Shown one piece after another: positions 1-11,909 of a stretch of 50,012 nucleotides of DNA. The position numbers and the translations under genes were made by a program. A model generated the notes under the pieces. The model ran no database searches. It was not told where the DNA came from and saw only the letters and a list, made by a program, of their open reading frames with translations. Origin of the DNA: Bugula neritina (Eukaryota; Animalia; Bryozoa); contig CAXIUT010000051.1 of assembly GCA_964035545.1 (NCBI GenBank), forward strand, positions 1 through 50,012. Direction: 5' to 3'. The stretch's first letter is position 1. Every line of letters begins with the position of its first letter.

Positions 1-75
1 CCCAACCCCAACCCCAACCCCAACCCCAACCCCAACCCCAACCCCAACCCCAACCCCACCCAACCCCAACCCCAA
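1..75. repeat. Left telomere (CCCCAA)n
   Basis: Tandem CCCCAA hexamers at the window start with one imperfect unit; this is the oligohymenophorean telomere repeat in left-end orientation. Confidence 0.98.
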
Positions 76-77
76 AT

Positions 78-744
78 CATAAATTTAAAAATAACTTTCT
101 ATTCTTGAATATGCTCCAATAGGAATGTTAGATTAAAAAATAATTAATAATAAATTATAGACTTTGAAGAAAGAAGAATAAGAAATTCAATAATTGAGTA
201 AAATAGTATATATTAAAAATTTAAGTTTTAATACAGAAGAAAAAGAACTTTATGGCTTTTTTTAGAAAATAGGACCGATAAGATATGCTAAAATTGTGAG
301 AGGAAGAGATGGAAAATCAATGGGATTTGGATTCGCTTAATATAAACTCCATAAAAAGCAATATAAGCTGTTTAAAAGATTGAATAATTTAATACTTGAT
401 GGACATAAACTGAATCTATCTTTATCTCGAAAGAAAGTACAAAATATGGAAGATATTCAAAAGATGAAAGATAAGGTGAAAATGGAATAAGACAAAAGTA
501 ACAAATTAATGATAAGAAATGTAGCTTTTCAGGCAAGTAGAAAACGATGTAAGGGAACTATTTAAAGAGTTTGGTTCTTTAAAGAAAGTTAGATTGCCAA
601 AAAAGATGGATGGCCAGCATAGAGGATTCGCTTTCTGTTTAATATGACAATGCTTAAGAGGCAGCTCTAGCTAGATAAGCTCTAGGTAGTACTCATTTGT
701 ATGGAAGAAAATTGGTGATTGAATATGAGAAGGGTTCAAATTGA
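78..744 (+). CDS. RBM19: RBM19/Mrd1-like multi-RRM ribosome biogenesis protein, 3' portion only (5'-truncated by the telomere; several 1-nt indels)
   Basis: With TAR=Glu reads KFKNNFL..LEYAP, VYIKNLSFNT, SMGFGFAEYK, LMIRNVAFQA, KVRLPKKMDGQHRGFAF, STHLYGRKLVIEY, then TGA at 742-744. These match the last RRMs of RBM19/Mrd1. Confidence 0.85.
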
Positions 745-791
745 TGGATAATTACTTAATTTATGAAATAGTATTTAGTTAATAACATTAA

Positions 792-1599
792 TCATCTGCA
801 GATATATCTGTGCATGAATTTTCGATGGAAATCTGAGCGAACATAGTCATTTATAAATCCTTTTTTTTCTTCAAGTTTTTTTGCTTGATTTTGAAACACT
901 GTATCTTCATACCATTTTTTCGAGAGGGAGAAAGAAGAATCAATCAAAGGATTTCCTTTCAGAAGTTAGGCTTCCATGTTTGCCATTGATTGCTTATGCT
1001 TTTATTATCTCTACAAAAGAAGATAAGTACCTTGTGCAGCTCTTACTTTTATCTTTGTTATTTGATCCTTTCATACTCTCTTAGTAGTTATTCACTATCT
1101 TCATCATCGTCATCATCATCTGAGTCAGATTGAATTCTTGGTTTTTTCTTTTCTTCTTAACTCTCATTATCATTAATAAATGACTCTGAATCGGCATCCT
1201 AAGGAAAGGGATTATCATTCAGATCTACGAGACCTTATTGTTCGTTAGGTAACTTGATTTTTTTCTTTATTTAAGGCTAATAGTTTCCAATAACATCGAC
1301 ATCATCATTGTATATATTGGAAGTTATTTGTCTTTCTTCAATAATTTAAATGTCTCCATTTTTCTTTCTTTTAGCTGCTGCTTAATTTTTTAGTAGCTAG
1401 GTTCTGAAATCTTTGGCTTGTAGTTATTATAACGATCCCTGTCCGATTTTTCTATCTTTAAGTTTAGTATAGCTGGGTAGATCCTAAATGATGAAAGAGG
1501 TACGCGAGATGAGAAGGAACGAGTAGGTACATAGCCTTTATTGACTACGTCTGTAAGACCATATGAAGGTTTCCAGGTAGGTCTGTGTGCGGTTGTCAT
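792..1599 (-). CDS. CWC15: Spliceosome NTC-associated protein Cwc15/Cwf15; 20-nt introns at 1484-1503 and 1011-1030
   Basis: N-terminus MTTAHRPTWKP...SSR|DLPSYTKLK and C-terminus KKWYEDTVF...FINDYVRSDFHRKFM are diagnostic. Confidence 0.95.
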
Positions 1600-1727
1600 T
1601 ATTATTTATAATAGACTGAGAATATGAGTGAGCTATGAACATTAAATATTATATTCAAATTTATTTGATAGTCAATTGATATTAATGATAACTTATTTAA
1701 AATAGTTAAGTTGTATAATAAATTTGA

Positions 1728-4162
1728 ATGCCTGAGACGAAAGCCTATTTGGTTTCTAATGACAAAAGAACTAATTTAACATTTGAGTAGACATCAATTG
1801 GTAGGTTAACATCAAATGCAATATCTATAAATGATCCAACTGTATCAAAGAATCATGCTTTGATAAATTTGCTACAAGGTGAGAATAAATACTATTTATC
1901 TGATTTGAATACTGTTAATGGTACTTATTTGAATGGAAATAAACTTGAAGTCAATAAAAAATATAACATTAAACATAAAGATGCTATTCAATTTGGTAAA
2001 CGTATATTTTTTTGTTATTTAGATGTTAATTTATATCATTTTTATTTTGTTAAACCTTAACCGGAAAAAAAAGGTAAAATTAATCTTAAAGATTACTGTT
2101 TTTAGCTAGATTAAGATTTAGATATGAGTTTATCAGTGACTAAATCTCCTAAAATTAATAATCCACCTGTTAATGTCACTTCTCAAGTGTCTAAAGTTAA
2201 TAAACCAGCAAAGCCTTTGAAAATACCAAACTTGGCTGACTATCTTGAACTATAAGGTTCTCTCCTCAGTTAGAATGCTTCTGTAAATGTTGATAAAAAG
2301 TTTTAAAGAAGTGATTTATCTAAAGTAAAAAGATAACCTAAAGTTTAGATAGTTTAAGTTAATAATAGATTTGAATAAGAAGAATTAAAAAAGTTGAGAG
2401 AATAATAACAGAGAAGAAAAAATATATTTCTCTAACAGCAGGCAGATAAGATGGCTCGAGAGGAAAAGAATAGACTACTAGAATAGTAAAAAATTAGATT
2501 GGAAATTGAAAGGCATCATCAATAATAAGAAATGTTGAGAAGACAGATTGATCTTTAGAGGAAAACTAAAGAATAACAATAAAAAATGTAAATGCAAAAA
2601 GTAAAAATTTAGTAAGAACTTTTGAGAAGAGAACAAGAAAGAAGGGAGAAATAGAGAAAAGCTGAATAAGATCAAAGAGATAAAGAAAGAAGGTTTGTTT
2701 AACAGTTAAAGCAGGAAAAATAGCAATAACTGAATGAGATAAAAAATCAATAATAAATGTTAAGGACTAAAAGTTAGGCAGCTATGAGGGAAGAAGTTTA
2801 AAGGAAGAAGAAAGATCTTTAGATGGAAGCACAAGCTTTAGCTACTCAGTATGAGCAAATATACAAAGAGACAATTAGAAAGATGAAGAATGATATTTAA
2901 AAGGAATAAAATGAAATTGGCGAGTTCTAGAGATTAATATAAAATGCAAGATAAGAACAAAATGAGCTAGAATTGAAGACTCGGTAAGTTACCTAAGCAG
3001 TTTAGTTTGCTCAAAACGAATTCGATTTGACTTCGGCTAGAAATAAAGCTTTTATTCTTTATGCTTCATAGTTACAAAATAGGTTAGATAAAATGAAGGG
3101 ACAGCGTGGGTAGACTGAAGCAAAAAAAGGAAATCGCAAACTTGCTGAAGATATCGATAGTAGTAGAAAGTTATTATCAATGAAGAAGGGAGAATTAAAA
3201 TCTCTTGAAGATGAGATAAGCAAGTTGAGAATATCTTTGAATATGAATAAACGAATGGGACATACAGATGTATTGGACACTATATTGAGCAATCATCAAG
3301 CTATTCAAAGCAGTAAATTTGTTTATTTTGAATATTTGAGATAGTAAAAGGCTCTTAAGTAGATGTGGGAGAGTAGTCTTTAATAAAACTAATAGCTTGA
3401 TCAGCAAAATTTATCAATAAGTAAGGATATTGATAAGAGTAGGAAGTAGTTAAGCAGTAATTTCAGAGATCATGCATCAAGACTAACTGAACAGCGGATA
3501 CATATGTTAAAATGTTTGCATTATATGCCAGAAGAGAAGAAAAGAGCAGCTAAGTTGTTGATTGAAGAAATGGTGACAATGTAAGAATAAGTAAGAACAA
3601 TTCTGACTGATTCTTAGCAGACTCATGATAAAATAAACAATTTGATAGTAGATTCAGAAAGAGGTAAACTTGAAAATGAGTATCTTTCTTAGTTACTTTT
3701 TGGAGCAGATTCAGTTGCACATCATTTTGATAATATGAAAATTGAAATTAACCAGCTTATTTAAAGGATATCACTTGAAAGAGACTAAGGAAGAGTTGGG
3801 AAGAGAATAAAGCTAGGTTAATAGATTTAAAAAAGTGAAATTAAAATATTTGAAAATAGTAAAAAATTGGAACTGTTAAAAAATAGATGGAGATAGGGAT
3901 TAAGAGGACAAAAAGTGATGATTGCAGAGAAAAATCCAATTGTATTTTTCGGAGAATTGCTTGCAAGAAAATAAGCAGATTTACAGCATTTAGAGGTGAG
4001 AGCGAACAATCTTGAGGTACTTTATATTGAACTTAGAGGTAGTATGCAAATGTATCATTGGATGTAGAGCAATTATAACGCAAAAAGAACACTTTAGGTG
4101 ATAGTCTTGAAAGTAAATATAAGTTGTTGTAGATTTCAAGAGAGATTAACTTGCTAAAGTGA
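1728..4162 (+). CDS. FHA-domain protein with long coiled-coil C-terminus; intron at 2002-2022; probable indel near the 3' end
   Basis: FHA motifs IGR, VSKNHA, DLNTVNGTYLNG, DAIQFG followed by E/K/Q-rich heptads. Confidence 0.8.
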
Positions 4163-4223
4163 GATAAGGAATAATGTGATGATTCTTATTGTTATAATTA
4201 ATGATTATTTAAAGATGATTTAA

Positions 4224-5820
4224 TCAATTGTTATTTGTTCTTTTTTTAACGATGTTGACTGTTTTGACTTCTTTAAATCTATTGGAATTGTTAGATTCTT
4301 AAGCTATAATGATCGCCTTTTGTTATGCACTTTTTCCTTATTTTTATTTTTATACTTGATCTAATAAACTCATCAGGTTGTCAAGTTTCTTAACAGGATT
4401 TTATTTATTAGATCTTTATCCTGAATTCATCTTCTACATACTGTTCTATTTCTTATCTTAGCTTTAACTAATTATCTTATTGTCAATGCTATCTTTATTT
4501 TTACTATCATCTAAATCTTTTTCCTTTTCTTAGAACTTAATGCTCTTTTCTTCTTTCTATAAAAGATATTATTCATCCACTTTGAAGTTTGATAGCATCG
4601 ATTCTTTGTATCTTTCATCTTTTGGTCTTTTTGAGTCTGCAAAGTATGGATCATAGTAGTTATTGGAGTTCATGGAGAAGAGAGGATCATCTTTTTTGCT
4701 GGGAGTTATGCCAAAATTAAAATTAAAACCAAGAGATCCGAACATTGATTCTTAGTTGTTAGCAAAGAAATTAGAATTTTTGTTATAGAGGTTTGATTCT
4801 GGGATAAAATCATCTTTAAAACTGTATTTTGAATTATTATTGAGCTTTATTGTAAAGTTTTCTTATTTTTAATCGTATTTAAGTTATTTATTAGAAATAA
4901 GGCTAGACAGTCCATCCATATTCAACTTTTATTAATCCATATTTGATTTCATATGTCCTTGTTGACTTCCTCTATTGCTTTATTTGTTTTTCTATATTGA
5001 TAATGTATTTTGTTTAATGGATGATTTCTTAGTCTAAACTATTTAATAGGTCATATTCAAGACACCGTTTTGAGTGACTCCACAACAGGTCATAATATCA
5101 GTGAACATGAGATAATTGCTATAAGGTTCTTTGAGAGTTTTTTATTTTTAACTTAGAGGCACTGTCTTAAGAAAAGAATCTGAATGAGATAAAGAGTACT
5201 GTCTGGGTAGAGTACTATTTTGAATCCAACTTTTCCTCTGATCCATTTATTGGTGAGATAGTTTATAAGATACTAGATATGTTGATTGCATGAAAGTCTA
5301 TTTATAAATAGATATTTACTTGACCTACATTCTTGGGAAATTTCGATTACAGAGCATGAATTGTATGCAAGCTGGTGATTTAGGCGTTAATCTGACGAAT
5401 ATTTGATCTTTTCTCATTTATTATTGATTTTTTTGATGCCTATTAGCAATAGCTGCTCTAGTTATTTTTTTATTGACTCCCTCATTTTGAGGAATATTAT
5501 TGATATTATGGCGGGATTTTTTCGATATATTATTTTCTATTTCTGATACTTTTTTAGATAGTTCTTGATGCAATTCAAGCATTTTCTGAAATCTGACAAA
5601 ACAATCTTCTTATTTCAACAATGTTTATATTGACTATTTGTCTTGAAATACAAGTTTAGGAAGATATTAATTAATTGTTTCTGTTATTTGAGTGTTCTAA
5701 ATAGTTAAAGATGTAGGAAAAGAAAATTAAAAAAAGAGTTACCTTACAATGTAAGAGTAGATTCGGATAGTTATCGGCTTTAATTATTTAATCGATTGTT
5801 TCACTACTATTATTCATCAT
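4224..5820 (-). CDS. Hypothetical protein; probable 46-nt intron at 5697-5742
   Basis: Long frame in table 30 from an ATG 45 bp inside the internal telomere; no recognisable motif; 3' end tentative. Confidence 0.55.
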
Positions 5821-5865
5821 TAACATATTATAAATTAAATAATTAATTTCAATTCAATTATCATA

Positions 5866-6000
5866 GGGGTTGGGGTTGGGGTTGGGGTTGGGGTTGGGGT
5901 TGGGGTTGGGGTTGGGGTTGGGGTTGGGGTTGGGGTTGGGGTTGGGTTGGGGTTGGGGTTGGGGTTGGGGTTGGGGTTGGGGTTGGGGTTGGGGTTGGGG
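5866..6000. repeat. Internal telomeric tract (GGGGTT)n in right-end orientation
   Basis: ~22 GGGGTT units with one GGGTT variant, preceded by an AT-rich subtelomere and followed directly by mid-ORF sequence. Confidence 0.97.
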
Positions 6001-7157
6001 ATGTCAACGCTAATAAAAAAGAACATGGAAAGGGAAAGATCCATTATGCCAATGGAGATCTACTAGAAGGAAAGTTCAATAATGGAGATTGTACTTATGC
6101 TATCATCACAAAGAAAAATGGAGATTCGTACAAAGGAGATATGAGAGACCACAAGTATCATGGACATGGTAAGTTGAAGACGAGCAAGTATTAACAGGAT
6201 GGTCTTTTCAGAGATAACCGCTTTATTCACGGAAAGATCTTCTTCACAGATGGATCAAATGCAAGTTATGAAGGTTCTATGGAGAATGGACATAAAACAG
6301 GAAAAAGTATATCAGTGACAAGAGATGGTACTCGTTATGAAGGATACTTTAAGAATGATAAATTTGATGGTTATGGTGAAGCCAAGTATAAGAATGGAAC
6401 TATCTATAAAGGTAATTTCAAATAAGGCATTTATCATGGTAAAGGTCATCTTCAAGATGCTGAAAACGGAAGAATAGTTCTTTAGTATGAAGGAGACTTT
6501 GTTGATGGAATATTTGATGGAAACGGAGTATTGAAGAATCATGAAAGTCGAGATTAATACAAAGGACCCTTTGTTCAAGGAAAGAAACAAGGACATGGAA
6601 AATACACTTATGGAAATGGAGATATCTATGAAGGAAATTTCATTAACGATATGAGAAATGATCAAAACTGTAATATTGTCTTTGCAGGAGGATCTAACTA
6701 TCAAGGAGGAATCAAAGGAAGTGCATTTGAAGGAAAAGGAAAACTCACTAGATCTAATGGAGACTATTTCGAAGGATTTTATAGAGATGGAAAGAAATAG
6801 GCTTGGGGTAGACTGAAAAATGGTGATGCTGTTTATGAAGGAGAGTTTGCTAATGATATGAAGAATGGAAAAGGAAAAATATATTTCAATAACGATGAAG
6901 ATGAAGTATTTGAAGGACACTTTTTGGATGATCAAAAACATGGCCAAGGAGTTTTGCAAGGTAAAAGTCAATACTTTTCTGCAAACTACTAGCATGGGAA
7001 AAAAGAAGGAGAGTACAAGAAACAGATGGGTTCATAGTATGAAGAAGAAGGTAGATACCGTAATGATGAACTAGACGGAAAGGTCAAAATAAAGAAAGGA
7101 TAGTTTGTAGGCCTTTATCGCTATGAAGATGGAGTCAAAATAGAAGAAATTCAGTGA
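6000..7157 (+). CDS. MORN-repeat protein, 5'-truncated at the telomere junction
   Basis: Tandem YEGxFxxxxxxGxGxxxYxNGD repeats (e.g. [27 protein letters not shown]). The frame starts [12 protein letters not shown] with no in-frame ATG at the junction; TGA at 7155-7157. Confidence 0.92.
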
Positions 7158-7258
7158 TCATGCTTCTATTGAAAAAATCTTATATTTTATCACATTATCA
7201 TCAATAGAGTCCTATATGAAGACATTTATTCATTTGATTCAAAATATATAACTTCGAA

Positions 7259-8207
7259 ATGGATCTCTGCAGACTCGAAGAGCAACAAGAAATGTTAGAA
7301 GTACTAGGATTCACTCTTAATGTTAACGAGAAGTAACTCATCAGTCATTTAGGTTGAGACTCAAACTAGCTCAGAAGTCTCTTCTCTGTTCTTATTAAAA
7401 CATTGATTAGTTTAAGTTTTGGGGAAGAATCGATGGACTCAACAAGTCTTACTATATAATGACTGGATTGACCTTTAGAAAAGCTTATGAGTTTCCACAT
7501 AAAACTTTCTTTTATTCGTACTTTTGTTATTATGCAGACTTTCAGGAGATTTTGATTTCAAAGAACTTCCTGAATTGTTAGTACAACATGAAGGATTGAG
7601 TGAAAAGTTCAATGCGATGCCATTTATTGGAGACATAGCTAAAGTATTGGTCAATGTTGAAGGTTAAGGTGAAGGACAAGAAGGACAATAAGCTCAACAA
7701 GAAGAAGGACAACCTGAAGCAAAACCTTCAGGATAAGAAGATGAAGATGAAATGAAAAAAGTTCCAAAGAAAAACTTCACTTAGCTCAACAGATTATCAT
7801 ATGTAGTAAGAGCAATTGAGAATGATGTTCAATGTGTTCCAAGAGATAGTTACAGAGTGACTCCTGAGCACTAACTCAGGCCTAATTGCAACTTTTATGG
7901 CTTAAGTGCAGCCAATGCTAGATAGTTCAGTAAATGGCAACACTTCAGAGCTCCTCTGACAGTTGAAGCGAAAAAAGTGATGGAAGATGACATGGTTGTT
8001 TTCAGTACAGGATTTCTAGACTGCATCTAAAGTGATAAGCCAATGGGAAGTTGGTCAGTGCAAATAGACTCAAGAGTAAAAAATGTGACAGTGAGAAGCT
8101 TGTTATGGCCTGGATACTTTGCTTTTCATAGATTGGGAAGTGAACTATTTGGAGGAATATATATTGGATAAGGGTCTAAAAATATAGATCTTCCATTCAT
8201 GATATGA
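7259..8207 (+). CDS. RSPH9: Radial spoke head protein 9; 20-nt introns at 7333-7352 and 7518-7537
   Basis: FWGRIDGLNKSYYI, KNFTELNRLSYVVRAIEND, VRSLLWPGYFAFH, GIYIGEGSKNIDLPFMI. Confidence 0.9.
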
Positions 8208-8219
8208 TACAATCTTATA

Positions 8220-9374
8220 TCATTACTGAAATGGCCATTGTTATTCTTGATTGGGTTATTATTATTCTTCTTTATCTTCTATTTCTGATTCGATCATGGC
8301 TAATTTTTTAGCAAAAGAATAACTTTTTAATAATACTTCTAAAAACTCAAGTAGAACTCCACAAACTTTATTTTCTTTTACTATTAAATCCGCTTTAAGT
8401 GATCTATCGCTCATTAACTATTCATTTAGAGATCTAATTGTTTCTGCTGAAAGGTTGTGATTGGTAATTGATCGTAAATGGGTACTCATTTCTTCTTCAA
8501 GAAGATCCTACTTCTTTTTTAGATCAAATAAACGAGCAAGTAAAGTAAATACTTTGATAACCTTTTTGTTCTTATCGTATTTTATTGCAAATTTTGCTTG
8601 ATTGTCTTCATTTTAACCAAATCTTTCAATAATGTCTTCGAGAATTCCTGCTAATTCTTTGATTTTTTGATCTATTTAATATTAATATTACCTAGAAAGT
8701 CTATCATTGGTCCTTTTTGTTCTTTCAAAGAAGGTTCTGCTACTTTTTTGATATGTTAAAGACCAACATAATTGGGATTATCAACAGGTCTTTCTACTTT
8801 TACAAAACTTTAAAGAGGAATTACATATTATTTGGGTTGTAGAACCATTTTTTATCCTATTTAAGTTGAAACCTAAGAAAGAGTTTCATCAGCTCTGCTA
8901 AGTACAACTTTATCATAAAGAGAGCTCAAAAGATCTTTGGCACATTTGATGATTTGCATTGAGTGTTCTGAATGAAATTATCGAAGACTATCTTTTTGTC
9001 GAAGAGCTACAATGACAAGGACATTTCGGACATCTTGTTAAAGAATAAATACTAAATTTTTGGAGTAGAGCTAGCAGTTTTTAGGCATTTCCTTAAATTC
9101 CTTGATCATCATTGTACCCTTAAAGAAACTTTTGATGAGAAGGTGCATCTTGGGTTAGAAAGAGATGATGATTATTTTGTTCTAGTCTAAAAGCATAAAT
9201 GAATTTATTGTATTTTTGAAAGTTATGACTATTGCGTAGAAAAAGTATAATTTTATCTATATGATCTTTGCTGGCGATTGCTGAACATAGAGATCTCATT
9301 AGTCCGTAGTTGTTTTGAACGAGGTTGCCATATATGATACTTTTTACAATGTTTTATTCACTTTAGGGTTCCAT
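8220..9374 (-). CDS. Degenerate IMPACT/YigZ (UPF0029)-like N-terminal domain plus helical C-terminus; introns at 9034-9052 and 8672-8691
   Basis: IYAFR...EGYNDDQGIEGNAEKLLALLQKF|NVRNVLVIVALR...IIKCAKDLL resembles the IMPACT domain core. Confidence 0.6.
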
Positions 9375-9507
9375 AAAATTAACTTGATTATCTAAATTTT
9401 ATAACTAAAATTGAAATAAATATATAGAATTAAAAGATATCTTTAGCGAGCCAATAAGTTTACACAATAACTTTTGTTAATAAAATAAAATTTAAGAAAT
9501 AGTTAGA

Positions 9508-9759
9508 ATGTAGATAATCCGCAAAACCTCTGTGAAAGAAGCTATCCCTTCAGAAAATATTGCAACTCAGAAGGAAAGTCCAAAGGATGACAAAGTCAAA
9601 ATTTGTCTCTTCAAAGTCAAGCCGAGCAAATAGAGAACTATTTCTAACTATAATCTAATATCTTTGCTTATTTCCAAGATCTCGATCAATGCATAGAGAA
9701 GAATAAATAAATAAATATTTTACTAGAAGTAAATAGGAAACTATACTAAACTTCATTGA
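9508..9759 (+). CDS. Small hypothetical protein (~83 aa)
   Basis: ATG-to-TGA open frame in table 30 filling the gap between AT-rich spacers. Confidence 0.45.
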
Positions 9760-9814
9760 TAGATTTTTCTTTTACTTCACCAATATTTTATTTGATAATA
9801 TCATTAAGAACAGA

Positions 9815-10806
9815 TCATTAATTTTAATAGATTGATTATTAATTTTTTCTTTTGTTTTTTTGTTTTTTCTTTATTTTATCTCGACTTCTTCTCAGGCTCT
9901 ATGAAGAATTTGATCTTTATCTTTTCTTTTTTTATCTATTCCTTTTCTTTTTTAAATTGATATCTTTTTAACTCGATTAACTGATAGAATTTTAAGAAGA
10001 ATCAATAGATCTTGATTTTTTTGATTATTTTTCAAGAATTAGATCAGGCTTATTGTTTCTAATATATTTTTTTCTTTATTTTTTATTCTTTTATTCTTTA
10101 AGAATGCCAGTATTAAGGGTAATTTCCAATGAGAGTATATGTCTTGTATATTTATTTTTATGATAATTTTGTTGATGAAATTTACTGTTAACATGACCAA
10201 GATATTCTTCATAATTTTATTTACAAATAGAACAATAAAGCATTTTACTTTTTGGTCGACATTACATCTAAATAAAATAATGATTACCAGCTTATTTCTT
10301 GTAATTTCTTTTCGATATTATCGAACTTTATTTAAAAAATGCATTTGACAGGATTCTTCATTAAGCTAGTTGGTTTTGATCCAGAAAGTTGGAGTATAAT
10401 ACTTTTTATCATCTAATAGCTCAGGTAAACTGAAAAGAGAAGTTATTTTTATTGGTTTATTTTAATTTTTTTAACATATTTACTTCGAATTTTCAAGATT
10501 GATGATATCTATTGATTTATTGGTAGTTAAATTTGATCTATTCTTTATGTTAGATTCTTAAGAATCAATTACTTATACTTTTATTTCTTCCTTGATTAAA
10601 TTTTAACTTTTTACATTGCTACTGCTTCTAGGACTGAACTAGATATTGATAATACCAGTGAAGATAGATACTGGAGGTCCAACTAGAATAAATTAATTTT
10701 AGTTGCTATTATTTACCAGATAGTCAAAATGATCTCTCATTTCTTTCTTGGTCATCGATTTAGACTACCTCAATGATTTGTCAGTCAAAAAAGTGATTTA
10801 TTCCAT
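9815..10806 (-). CDS. Hypothetical protein with Lys/Arg/Ser-rich C-terminus (boundaries approximate)
   Basis: Open frame from MEEITFLTDK; purine-rich coding-like minus strand. Confidence 0.45.
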
Positions 10807-10935
10807 AGTTACAATCAATCAAGGGCTTGTATGTACATCTATTGTGCATTTGTTTAAAGCATTATTTTATTTAAGAACATTTTATTTGTTTACTATGGGT
10901 TTTCTTCATATTTAATTTAAAAATAATCTTTTATT

Positions 10936-11796
<861 letters not shown>

Positions 11797-11909
11797 CTCA
11801 ATGTTGATTCATTCAAATTATAATTTAAATAAGATTTGTATTGAAATTTATTAAATAATTTGAGTTAATACACGATATTTTTTTAAAATTAAGCACAAGC
11901 TTAAACAAA

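Noticed and set aside
76-660. RBM19 as a decaying pseudogene or a programmed-frameshift gene
   Set aside because: The indels are mostly at homopolymers, partly compensate each other and cluster at the sequence end, while the protein motifs are intact. This is typical of low-coverage long-read error.
5835-6044. ORF with (NP)n/(TP)n repeats in the supplied track
   Set aside because: It is simply the translation of the telomeric tract on the C-rich strand.
6312-6995. 227-aa hydrophobic minus-strand ORF and many other short standard-code ORFs
   Set aside because: These are antisense or off-frame shadows of real genes (here the MORN gene). The track uses the wrong genetic code and non-ATG starts.
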